Shown here: positions 1-9,141 of the stretch, piece after piece | Numbering within the stretch: position 1 is the stretch's first letter | How the letters are laid out: every line of letters begins with the position of its first letter | From: a virus | IMG/VR virus record: IMGVR_UViG_3300022916_000005 | Length of the DNA stretch: 64,000 nucleotides | Reading direction: 5' to 3' (one strand) | The notes under the pieces: model-generated | Told to the model about the DNA's origin: nothing | The model's database searches: none | The model's input: the letters and a program-made list of their open reading frames with translations, nothing else | Made by a program: the position numbers and the translations under genes

Positions 1-94
1 GGAAAAATATAGAATGGGTATCTGGGACAATGAACAAGGATTGGGCAAGAAGAGAATTTAATAATAATAATATGTACTGTATTGTAGAGTGAAC

Positions 95-307
95 ATGAAG
101 TACCCAATTGGAACAGTATTTTGTTATCACGAAATCAATTGCCCACCAAATTATTGGAAGTTTTGCATAATTATTGGACATAAAGATGGAACGTACTCTA
201 CAAAAATGATTCGTTATGATGGAAAAGCATACGCTGATTATGGATTTTGTTGTAATATAGACCTGTGGGAAACGAACAACAAAGGAACAATATTTAAAAT
301 AACATGA
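95..307 (+). CDS. Small SH3/KOW-like beta-barrel paralog (K-(I/V)-G-(T/D)-(I/V) family)
   Basis: MKYPIGTVF N-terminus shared with about 30 small ORFs in the window. Confidence 0.55.
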   Translation: MKYPIGTVFCYHEINCPPNYWKFCIIIGHKDGTYSTKMIRYDGKAYADYGFCCNIDLWETNNKGTIFKIT

Positions 308-489
308 AGTACCCAATTGGAACGATTATAGGAATTCCTTTTAATAAAATGTATTTTCCAGAACACCAGTGGAAATACTTGATCATCATTTCTCAAAATT
401 ATTTCAACTTTGCGCCTCGTTATGAAGGAATCGTTATCTCGCATAGTGGCAAAAAGAAGTATTAAAAACATGGGAGGAAAAATATTAAT

Positions 490-789
490 ATGAGCATTTT
501 AAGAAAATTTAAAAGAAAGAAACAAATCAAGGAAAAGAACATCAAACGAAAGGCAGCAGAGAAAAAGTTGCAAGAGCAAGCAACAATGTTTGATAAATTA
601 CCAGAAGGATGTTCAATTTGCAAGACACCCTTCGACAAGCAAAATAGAGAACACGCTATGACATGGCGAGTTTTTATTAACAACAAAGAAAAAAGAGTAT
701 CTCTGTTTTGCCCAAATTGCTATCAGGAGGCAGAGGAAAAAAATGAAAAAAGGGATTCAAACACCGGACAAACACAAACCAAGAATTGA
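490..789 (+). CDS. Hypothetical zinc-binding protein
   Basis: CSIC...CPNC pairs; GGAGG RBS upstream. Confidence 0.6.
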   Translation: MSILRKFKRKKQIKEKNIKRKAAEKKLQEQATMFDKLPEGCSICKTPFDKQNREHAMTWRVFINNKEKRVSLFCPNCYQEAEEKNEKRDSNTGQTQTKN

Positions 790-1129
790 TTTTAGTTTTG
801 GACAAGAAGAATCAAGAGTAAGATGGGGCCACGTTACTTTTGTAGAAAAAAGACAATTACAAGAATTTGATATTTGTCTCTCCAGAGACAAAATGACTAG
901 AGGTGAATTTGTAAGGAACTGCATTGATCTTTACATTTCAAGGGATAAATCTTTTAACGATGTCTTAGACAAAATGTTGATAAGAATGAATCGAAACATG
1001 GATCCAGATGAAACCAAAATCTCAAGAGAGATTTTAAAGAAGAGAGAGAAGCAGGCAGAACTTGATGATGAGATTTTAGGGGAAGGTGATATTAAAAGTT
1101 TCTTTGACAATGTTGAAGAGAATAGTTAA
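743..1129 (+). CDS. Hypothetical protein
   Basis: 128-aa ORF with purine-rich RBS, overlapping the previous gene. Confidence 0.6.
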   Translation: MKKGIQTPDKHKPRIDFSFGQEESRVRWGHVTFVEKRQLQEFDICLSRDKMTRGEFVRNCIDLYISRDKSFNDVLDKMLIRMNRNMDPDETKISREILKKREKQAELDDEILGEGDIKSFFDNVEENS

Positions 1130-1214
1130 TCTCTTTCTGTCTTTTTGCATATTGAATACTATTTATTACAATAAAGCAAGTTTTATCTGCTATTAAAAAG
1201 GAGAAAGTACAACA

Positions 1215-1811
1215 ATGAGTAAGAAACTATTACTAACAGAGGCAACCACAAAGTCGTTTATGCGATTAGCTGGTTTGAAGTCTGGAGCATTCCTGACAGA
1301 GATGGCAGATGAAGGTTCTGACGTTGGCGAAGCACCAGAAGAGGGTGTTGTAGAGGAAGAAGTAATCCCAGGAGAAGATGAGGAGATTGACATCGAGGCC
1401 GATCTTGAAGGTGAGGCTCCTATGGACACTCCTGTTGAAGCTCCTGTTGAGGGTGGAGATATGGCTCCAATTGACGATGTCCCTGTTGAGGATGGAAGTG
1501 CGGTCCCTAATGCGGAGGCTATCGCAGCAGCAGTAGCTACAGCAGTTGCTCAAGTAATTCAGGATGAGTTAGGTATTGAAGCTTCCGTAGAAGGTGGTGA
1601 TGAGATGGGACTAGAAGGTGAGTTAGGAGAGGAACTTCCTGTAGAAGACGATCTTGGGCTAGATACCGAAGTTCCTGTCGAAAGTGAAGAAATGCCTCCA
1701 ATGGATGATGAACTTGTCAACGAAGTTACAGAGCGAGTATTTAAACGACTCAAAGGGATGCAAAGAAAGGCTCCTGCAAAACAGAAGCGAGTTATTCGAC
1801 AAAAGAAGTAA
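1215..1811 (+). CDS. Highly acidic protein, possible prohead scaffold/core protein
   Basis: E/D-rich low-complexity body, LLTE/FLTE motifs, basic C-tail, late-type motif at 1158, AAGGAG RBS. Confidence 0.45.
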   Translation: MSKKLLLTEATTKSFMRLAGLKSGAFLTEMADEGSDVGEAPEEGVVEEEVIPGEDEEIDIEADLEGEAPMDTPVEAPVEGGDMAPIDDVPVEDGSAVPNAEAIAAAVATAVAQVIQDELGIEASVEGGDEMGLEGELGEELPVEDDLGLDTEVPVESEEMPPMDDELVNEVTERVFKRLKGMQRKAPAKQKRVIRQKK

Positions 1812-1860
1812 GACATTCGTTCTTATTTCGACATAATAAAAACAACAAAAAGAGGCTTAA

Positions 1861-2448
1861 ATGAACTATAGATGCAATCGAGAGCAAGAAAATCTCGAAG
1901 ACGTACAGGAATGTCATTCTTCTGTCATTATTGTAGAAGAGGCACGCATTATTGGGATGTATGGCGATATTGATTTTGAAAAGACGGCAGAAGTTATTCA
2001 CGCCCTTGACCATTTTGGAATGGACGAAGATAATAAACAACCTGTTAGGTTTAACATTTCAACTCCAGGTGGAGATCTTGTAAATGCTCTTGCGATTTAT
2101 GACGCAATGATGGAACTAAGATCGAAAGGTGTTGAGATTCATACTAAAGGAGTGGGAGAAGTGTCTTCGGCAGGGGTTTGTTTAATAGCTGCTGGATCAA
2201 AGAGAGTGATGGGTCCAAATTGTCGCTTAATGATCCACGGTCTTTATTCTACTTTTAACGGAACAATTGCAGAAATTGAAGACGAGATCAGAGAAACAAA
2301 GATCAGAGAAAAACAATATATTAAGATTCTAAAAGATCATAGCGAACTAACCGAAGAACAATATCAGCACTTTATTGATTCTGGCAAGAATGTGTTCATT
2401 TCTGCAGAATCTGCTTTAAAGTTCGGTTTAATTGACGAAATTCTATAA
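1861..2448 (+). CDS. clpP: ClpP-like ATP-dependent protease proteolytic subunit
   Basis: ISTPGG, AIYDAM, catalytic SSAG Ser, MIH His, C-terminal SAESALKFGLIDEI. Confidence 0.88.
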   Translation: MNYRCNREQENLEDVQECHSSVIIVEEARIIGMYGDIDFEKTAEVIHALDHFGMDEDNKQPVRFNISTPGGDLVNALAIYDAMMELRSKGVEIHTKGVGEVSSAGVCLIAAGSKRVMGPNCRLMIHGLYSTFNGTIAEIEDEIRETKIREKQYIKILKDHSELTEEQYQHFIDSGKNVFISAESALKFGLIDEIL

Positions 2449-2468
2449 AACAACAACAAGAGGAAGAA

Positions 2469-4028
2469 ATGAAACTATATTCAAGAGAAGAAGAGTTAAA
2501 GGCATCCTTGATTAAGGGTGCAGAACAAATTGCAAGCATTGTATCAAGCACTTTGGGTCCAAATGGTTGTCCTGTCATTTTAAAAGCAAAGGGAGAAAAA
2601 CCTTTAATTACGAAAGATGGAGTAACTGTTGCAAGATTTACAACATACGAAGACCCTTTTGAGAATGTCGCTGCATCAATCATCAAACAAGCATCAGAAG
2701 AAACAAATACCACTTGTGGAGATGGAACAACAACTACAACAATCTTGGCTAGTGCTATCTTTAAAGAGTCACAAAAATATATCTCTCTTGGTATTTCTCC
2801 TTACAAGTTAAAGAGGGAGATTGATGTAGTTGTAGAAAAGATCGTTACTCAAATTGCAGAACTTGCAAAACCAATTGGTTCATTAAAAGAGATTCGAGAT
2901 ATTGCAAGGATTTCTGCAAACAACGATTCAAAGATTGGAGATCTTGTTGCAGATGCTATCGATCAGATCGGTAGAGATGGAGCAATCACTATTGAAGAGG
3001 CCAGATCATTAGAGACAACGCTAGAGATTGCTGAAGGGTATAGATTCGATTCAGGATATGTTGCAAAAGATTTTATTACAGACACAAAGAATGGCTTGGC
3101 AAAGTTAGACAATCCTTACATTCTTGTCACTGATGAATCAATTGACAACATCAAATCAATTGCAAAGATTTTAGAGACTGTTGCAAGAGATGAATCGTCA
3201 ATTGTTCTTATTGCAAACGATTTTGGGAAAGAAGTGTTGTCAACATTATTGATTAACCATATTCGAGGAACAATCAAGAATGTAGCAATTAAGGCTCCAA
3301 GATACGGAGAAGAAAGAAGAGCAATTCTAGAAGATATTGCATTGGCAACTGGTTCAACGTTTATTAACAAATTGGCAGGACTTAAAGTATCTGCCGTAGA
3401 GTTGAAGGATCTTGGAAGGGCAAAATCTATTGAGATTTCAAGTACAGAAACGATCATTGCCGAAGCTAATGGAGAACAAGGAAAGATCGAAGAACAGGTA
3501 GAGAAGTTAAAGTCATTGATTAAGCAGACAAATAATATGAAGGAAGCAGAGCGGATTCAAGACAGAATTAATCAATTGTCTGCTGCTGTTGGGATCATCA
3601 AGGTAGGTGGTAGAACTGAAGTAGAAGTGACAGAGAAGAAATTTAGAATTGAAGATGCCTTAGAAGCTGCAAAATCTGCCATCGAAGAAGGAATTGTCCC
3701 TGGTGGTGGTACAACATATTTAAGAGCGATTTTAGACATTAATGACCATTCCGATGTAGAGTATGGATACAAAATTGTTTACAATGCAGTAATGGAACCG
3801 CTGAAGATCATGGCTGCAAGAACAAAAGACACATCAGAAAGACAAATTTTTAACAAGTTGACCAACGATGACACGAGCGGATATGACTTTGCAAATGAAG
3901 AATTTGTAGATGACATGTTTGAAATTGGAATTGTGGATCCTGCAAAAGTATTGAAATATGCATTAAGAAATGCAGCAAGTGCAGCAACTACATTACTCAT
4001 TACAAATCATGCCGCGATAGAAGAATAA
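2469..4028 (+). CDS. groEL: Chaperonin GroEL (phage-encoded, no GGM tail)
   Basis: TLGPNG, ITKDGVTVA, GDGTTT, EEGIVPGGG, GIVDPAKV motifs; 519 aa. Confidence 0.96.
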   Translation: MKLYSREEELKASLIKGAEQIASIVSSTLGPNGCPVILKAKGEKPLITKDGVTVARFTTYEDPFENVAASIIKQASEETNTTCGDGTTTTTILASAIFKESQKYISLGISPYKLKREIDVVVEKIVTQIAELAKPIGSLKEIRDIARISANNDSKIGDLVADAIDQIGRDGAITIEEARSLETTLEIAEGYRFDSGYVAKDFITDTKNGLAKLDNPYILVTDESIDNIKSIAKILETVARDESSIVLIANDFGKEVLSTLLINHIRGTIKNVAIKAPRYGEERRAILEDIALATGSTFINKLAGLKVSAVELKDLGRAKSIEISSTETIIAEANGEQGKIEEQVEKLKSLIKQTNNMKEAERIQDRINQLSAAVGIIKVGGRTEVEVTEKKFRIEDALEAAKSAIEEGIVPGGGTTYLRAILDINDHSDVEYGYKIVYNAVMEPLKIMAARTKDTSERQIFNKLTNDDTSGYDFANEEFVDDMFEIGIVDPAKVLKYALRNAASAATTLLITNHAAIEE

Positions 4029-4069
4029 TTAATATAACTATATAGTATATAACTGAAGGGTAAAGATGT

Positions 4070-5254
4070 ATGGCAAATATTGAAGAAATGATAAAAAATA
4101 TAATGAATGCTGCCGAGGTGTTTGACAGGATCCCAATTACATTAGGGAAACCAATGTTAAAAGAAGAATATAGAGATGTTCAAGGGAAATCTGAAAAGTC
4201 TGGAGGAGATCTTGGTATTCGTTTACCCGTTATTGGATGGTCAGAGGCAAGGTTGGGAACTCTTGGGACAAAAGAAAGGGATGTCTTTAAGAAGTACCTT
4301 GATAACATTGGAAAAGGTGGAGATTCTGCAAAAGAGATCATCAAGAATAAGTTCAATGCTTTAAATAAGTTTGTTCAAAGAGGACCAATTCCAGGGGCCA
4401 GTGCTGGAGAAAAGTTATCACACTTGTTGTTCATTGATTTATTTATGACATTATTGAATGAATTTAGTGCTGGTGCATCTGGCATGTTGACAGAAGCTTT
4501 TGTTGCTGCCATGATTGACGGGATTCAAAAGGCAGGTAGAACAATTGTTGATATTGTCGGACCAAATGGGGAACCCTTGTCATTAAAAGTAATTGAACCA
4601 AAGACTCCAATTAGAGGTAGTGCAGCAAACTTGTCAGTTGGAATTCTCGCAAGTGGGAAGGGAAGTATTGATTACCTCATCTTCGAGAAATCAGGAACAC
4701 AAGGAAATATCAACGCAATTGAAGCATATTATCTTCCAATTACAAGAGAAAACTTTTTAAGAACAACAACCGCAAAGGTGAATCAAAAGTATATCAATTT
4801 GACAAGTGAAAAGTTGTTTGCAGAAATTGAGAGGTTTGTTGATCAGAATGTTACGCCCGAGGATAGTGATGACGAGATTGACAGAGATGTATCACGACCT
4901 CCAAGACAGGAAAGATTGTTACAAGAGGGATATGAAGAAAAGATTGGCAGAAGTATTGCCAAAGAGTTTTTTGTAAAGTCTCAATTGCTGATCAAGAAAG
5001 CAGAAGTAAAGAGAAATTTACCGTTTGCTGTTCTTAACCTCGGAGAAAAAGAAGAATATTTAAATAACATCCAATCATATACTGCCTCAATCGAGAAAGA
5101 TGTTAAAACAATTTATGATGGAGTATATTGGTTAGGAGTTTATATCAGCAGATACTTCATTGACAACAAAACAGAAGCAGTGAACGAAGCCTCAAAAGAA
5201 TTAGACAAGCTAAAAGATGCTGTTGACTCCGTTGTTCAAGGTACGGTAGAATAA
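4070..5254 (+). CDS. Hypothetical late protein, possible PD-(D/E)xK nuclease-like fold
   Basis: GMLTEAFVA...VDIV...SLK pattern; MLKEE and LLQEG motifs; late-type motif at 4037. Confidence 0.35.
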   Translation: MANIEEMIKNIMNAAEVFDRIPITLGKPMLKEEYRDVQGKSEKSGGDLGIRLPVIGWSEARLGTLGTKERDVFKKYLDNIGKGGDSAKEIIKNKFNALNKFVQRGPIPGASAGEKLSHLLFIDLFMTLLNEFSAGASGMLTEAFVAAMIDGIQKAGRTIVDIVGPNGEPLSLKVIEPKTPIRGSAANLSVGILASGKGSIDYLIFEKSGTQGNINAIEAYYLPITRENFLRTTTAKVNQKYINLTSEKLFAEIERFVDQNVTPEDSDDEIDRDVSRPPRQERLLQEGYEEKIGRSIAKEFFVKSQLLIKKAEVKRNLPFAVLNLGEKEEYLNNIQSYTASIEKDVKTIYDGVYWLGVYISRYFIDNKTEAVNEASKELDKLKDAVDSVVQGTVE

Positions 5255-5260
5255 AAGTCC

Positions 5261-5289
5261 TTGACAATCCCCTCCATTCGTATTATAAT
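5261..5289 (+). promoter_or_regulatory. sigma70-type promoter (cassette copy 1)
   Basis: TTGACA-17 bp-TATAAT; downstream leader nearly identical to the one after 8320. Confidence 0.8.
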
Positions 5290-5319
5290 ATGACATAACT
5301 TGATATAGGTAGGTCCAAA

Positions 5320-5574
5320 ATGATTCAATTCCTTCTCGCTTGTTTGGGTCTTTTTCTGATCATATTCCTCATTTTGGTAAGTCGTTATTATGAGGAAAAA
5401 TTGGAGGAAGAAGTCCATAAAACAAGATGCCCAAAATGTGGTGGAATGTGGAAGATACACAACTGGTTTCGCGGTATGGTGGTTCTTTCTTGCCCCAAAT
5501 ATCACGAGTTAAACCATGTCAGCCTTTCCTCATTTGAACAATTTGAAAAATATTGCAACAACAAGGAAGGATAA
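5320..5574 (+). CDS. Membrane-anchored Zn-ribbon protein (paralog of 8379)
   Basis: N-terminal hydrophobic helix, CPKC...CPKYH. Confidence 0.65.
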   Translation: MIQFLLACLGLFLIIFLILVSRYYEEKLEEEVHKTRCPKCGGMWKIHNWFRGMVVLSCPKYHELNHVSLSSFEQFEKYCNNKEG

Positions 5575-6092
5575 TGATCAAGCCATATCAAATTTGGGCA
5601 GATGGCACCGTCATTTATAATCGCGATCACTATACTCCAAGACCTGATGGTTGTGCCATTAGTATCCCAGAGAAGATAATCATTTGGTATCAAAATAACA
5701 AGTATCACCGCACTGATGGTCCTGCCATTGAATATGCCAATGGTGGCAAAGAATGGTATCAAAATAACAAGCGTCACCGCTTTGACGGCCCTGCCATTGA
5801 ATTTGCCAATGGCGACAAATCTTGGTACATTGATGGCAAGTGTCACCGCATTGACGGCCCTGCCATTGAATATGCCAATGGTACCAAATTTTGGTTTCAA
5901 AATGGCAAATATCACCGCATTGACGGCCCTGCCATTGAATATGCCAATGGTGACAAATTTTGGTATCAAAATGGCAAACATCACCACATTGACGGCCCTG
6001 CCGTTGAATATGCCAATGGTACCAAATTTTGGTATATTGATGGTGTCGAATATTCCGAGCATGACTATAAAATTGAGATGAGCAACAAATGA
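5574..6092 (+). CDS. HRIDGPA 23-aa repeat protein, class A, 5 units
   Basis: [11 protein letters not shown] cap plus 69-nt repeats; start at MIKP after AAGGAAGG. Confidence 0.85.
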   Translation: MIKPYQIWADGTVIYNRDHYTPRPDGCAISIPEKIIIWYQNNKYHRTDGPAIEYANGGKEWYQNNKRHRFDGPAIEFANGDKSWYIDGKCHRIDGPAIEYANGTKFWFQNGKYHRIDGPAIEYANGDKFWYQNGKHHHIDGPAVEYANGTKFWYIDGVEYSEHDYKIEMSNK

Positions 6093-6712
6093 AAAATAAA
6101 AATAAAAATAACAGCAGCAGTAACAATCATTTAGATCGAATTAATGCACTTCTTATTGATAAGCTTGAATATCTTGATGACAAAACAAAAGAAGTATTGA
6201 CATCTTTTGAGAATCATGTTACAAATAGAGGGAGCTTAACGATGAATCAAGAAAAATGGTTCATCAAGATGGAAGAAGAATATAGTGATGAGAATATCGC
6301 TATTATGGATGAATGGGAATATGGAGACGAAGAAAAAGAAAACGCTACAATTGCTGCACATTACAATTCTGCGGGAAGATGGCACACAGATCTGTCAGCT
6401 AAGATTCTGATCGATTATGTTCCAACATACACGGAATATAGAAGCTTGACAGAGAATTCTTATGCCAAGAAAGTAATTGAAGAAACAAAGAAGACTCCTA
6501 GATTTGCAGTTGGTAATTTGGTTCAAGCAAGGGCAACAGCAAGCTTGGGATATAAAAATAAACCAGGGATGATTGTAAAGATAGTTAATGATCCTATTCT
6601 TGTTTCTGCTCGTGGAGCAAAAGAATATATGGTAAAGTTTTATCATGGCCCTCTTTTGACAGTTCAAGAGAGGTGGCTAAAATTTCAAAAGGGAGAAAAG
6701 AAGGGGAAATAA
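6089..6712 (+). CDS. Hypothetical protein with C-terminal SH3/KOW-like domain
   Basis: PRFAVGNLV...GMIVKI...YMVKF C-terminal pattern. Confidence 0.5.
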   Translation: MKNKNKNNSSSNNHLDRINALLIDKLEYLDDKTKEVLTSFENHVTNRGSLTMNQEKWFIKMEEEYSDENIAIMDEWEYGDEEKENATIAAHYNSAGRWHTDLSAKILIDYVPTYTEYRSLTENSYAKKVIEETKKTPRFAVGNLVQARATASLGYKNKPGMIVKIVNDPILVSARGAKEYMVKFYHGPLLTVQERWLKFQKGEKKGK

Positions 6713-6946
6713 ATGAATTTAATAACAATACAAGAAGAAGAAAATCCACCAGAAACAGTGTATCTGCCAGCGAACACATTGGTTCTAAATAAGGACAATA
6801 GCCTTGAATTTTATACAGAAGGGGAACCACAAACGGCAATTATGATCAATTGGATGGAAAATTATAGAAAGTGTTTGGTAATGATAAAACACAACAGATT
6901 AGTTTACGTAGACAAAAATAAAATATATAAATAAAAAGGAGATATA

Positions 6947-7213
6947 ATGGTCAATTTAACAAGAGTAGTAAAAATTACAACGTACGATTGTTCTGGAGAA
7001 AGTTGCTATAGATTAAGCTCGATTGATGTGAACCCGAAAAATGTAGAAACAATTGAAGAAGATGTGTCGATGACTAATCTTCATAGTAAAACTCCGATTA
7101 GTAAAGAGATTGATAAGTATGCAAGGTTTACCAAAATTGCATTAACAAGCGGAAAAGAAATCACAGTAATCGGGGAAAATGGCAAAATTTTAAGCAAAAT
7201 CAAACTAGGATAA
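6947..7213 (+). CDS. FlbD/SwrD-like small protein
   Basis: MVNLTR...VNPKNVETIEE...TKIALTSGKEITV resembles the FlbD family pattern; AAGGAG RBS. Confidence 0.45.
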   Translation: MVNLTRVVKITTYDCSGESCYRLSSIDVNPKNVETIEEDVSMTNLHSKTPISKEIDKYARFTKIALTSGKEITVIGENGKILSKIKLG

Positions 7214-7220
7214 TCAAAAG

Positions 7221-7631
7221 ATGAAATGGTATCAGATCTTCTCAGATGGAACCGTTATTTATGATGATGATTTAAAACAGGATACGATATACCCTGACGG
7301 TTGTTCCATTGAAATTCCAACAAAATCTTTGAGATGGTTTAAGAACAACAAGCTTCATCGAGATGGTGGTCCTGCCGCCGTTTATACCGATGGTACCAAA
7401 CATTGGTTTCAAAATGGCAAACATCACCGCATTGACGGCCCTGCCATTGAACGTGCCAATGGTGACAAATTTTGGTATCAAAATGGCAAACATCACCGCA
7501 TTGACGGCCCTGCCTGTGAATATGCCAATGGTGGCAAATATTGGTACATCGAAGGGATCAAATACACAAAGGAAGGACATCAAATTGTTGTCGATTCAAT
7601 GACAAAGGAGAATGAGAATGAAAACACCTGA
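7221..7631 (+). CDS. HRIDGPA repeat protein, divergent class A cap, 3 units
   Basis: YQIFSDGTVIY cap plus repeats. Confidence 0.85.
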   Translation: MKWYQIFSDGTVIYDDDLKQDTIYPDGCSIEIPTKSLRWFKNNKLHRDGGPAAVYTDGTKHWFQNGKHHRIDGPAIERANGDKFWYQNGKHHRIDGPACEYANGGKYWYIEGIKYTKEGHQIVVDSMTKENENENT

Positions 7632-7883
7632 TTACAGTACGTATATTGTTTTTGCAGATGGTGTAGTTGTTTTCCCTAGAAATTGTAGTTCACTTTCTAG
7701 GATCAATCCTTCTTCGTGGAATATTGTCAATTCAAAGTACGAAGTGTTTATTTATTGTGTAGATGGGAAGACAGTGACAAAAAAGGTGTGGATAAAGTCT
7801 AACCTTTCTTGTGATGAAGAAACGTAATTCAAAACTATTTATATCGTATGAATAAGCATTCAAAATAAGGATGAACATGCGAT

Positions 7884-8144
7884 ATGAACGAACATGACTT
7901 TGATGAAAAAGAATTATATGAATGGATTGGTTCTGTAAAAGAATCTTTGTCAACATTAAAAGAAAATTCATTAGATGTAAAAGATCAGATAACAAAGTTG
8001 GCAACCAGTGTCAGCGTATTGTGTACCAAACATGCTACTTTAGAAAATGACGTTAAGAACAAGGCAAGATTTTGGGGAGCGATTGCTTCGGGTGTTGTAA
8101 GTGTTGGAATGGGTCTCATTTTCGTCCTAATAAAAATCGTATAA
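7884..8144 (+). CDS. Coiled-coil plus C-terminal transmembrane protein (XhlA/holin-like architecture)
   Basis: Heptad-like N-part, hydrophobic C-terminus, late-type motif at 7834. Confidence 0.45.
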   Translation: MNEHDFDEKELYEWIGSVKESLSTLKENSLDVKDQITKLATSVSVLCTKHATLENDVKNKARFWGAIASGVVSVGMGLIFVLIKIV

Positions 8145-8378
8145 AAACAGCAGCATAAGGAGTATAACGATATGGATATATTATTCATTATTGTATTTAT
8201 TATTGCATTGACACATATAGAACAAGAACGAAATAACAACAAATATAAAGAAGAATGTAAAACATCAAGAGCGGCAAGATTACTTAACAGACACTACCCA
8301 GATCGTCAATAGAACTACCTTGACAACCCTTTCAGTTTGAGATATAATAAGACATAAATTGATACAGGTAGGTCTAAA

Positions 8379-8621
8379 ATGTTAGGTTATTTTCTTATTG
8401 GTTTGATTATCTTTTCGTTAATTTATGCAATTTGGGGAGAAATCGATCTAAATAAAAGAATTGAAGAATGCAAATGTCCAGAATGTAACGTAAACTTTAT
8501 GATCTTTGCAAAAATTCATAGTGTTGCGTTTGTGCAGTGTCCAAAGTGTGGATTGCATAATCAGTATGTTAGTAGGTATACCATCAAAGATTTTGAAAAG
8601 CGTTACAACAATGGCATTTAA
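8379..8621 (+). CDS. Membrane-anchored Zn-ribbon protein (paralog of 5320)
   Basis: TM helix, CPEC...CPKC; promoter at 8320 with the same leader as 5261. Confidence 0.65.
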   Translation: MLGYFLIGLIIFSLIYAIWGEIDLNKRIEECKCPECNVNFMIFAKIHSVAFVQCPKCGLHNQYVSRYTIKDFEKRYNNGI

Positions 8622-9018
8622 TTCTTACCAAATATGGGCAGATGGCACCGTCATTTATGATGGCGATTATGATACTCCAAAGCCTGACGGTTGTGCCATT
8701 GGTATCCCAGACAAGGCAATTGCTTGGTATCAAAATAACAAGTATCACCGCATTGACGGCCCTGCCGTTGAATGTGCCAGTGGTGACAAATTTTGGTATC
8801 AAAATGGCGAGTATCACCGCATTGACGGCCCTGCCATTGAATATATCAATGGTACCAAATATTGGTTTCAAAATGGCAAACATCACCGCATTGACGGCCC
8901 TGCCCGCGAATATGCCAATGGTGAAAAATATTGGTACATTGAAGGTGTCTGTTATTTCGAGCACAAATACAACATCAAGATGAAAACTTATCACAATGAA
9001 AAAGAAAAAGAAGCATAA
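8611..9018 (+). CDS. HRIDGPA repeat protein, class A, 3 units
   Basis: [12 protein letters not shown] cap plus repeats. Confidence 0.85.
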   Translation: MAFNSYQIWADGTVIYDGDYDTPKPDGCAIGIPDKAIAWYQNNKYHRIDGPAVECASGDKFWYQNGEYHRIDGPAIEYINGTKYWFQNGKHHRIDGPAREYANGEKYWYIEGVCYFEHKYNIKMKTYHNEKEKEA

Positions 9019-9141
9019 CCCATACAACGTCTTGAAAGGGAAGATTAGAGAGGATCACTTCAAAGATGGTGGAACTTTGGCAGAATGGCGAGGAAAAGCA
9101 GCAACATTCCCAGATAAAAAGAAAAAGGAGAGTAAAAACAA

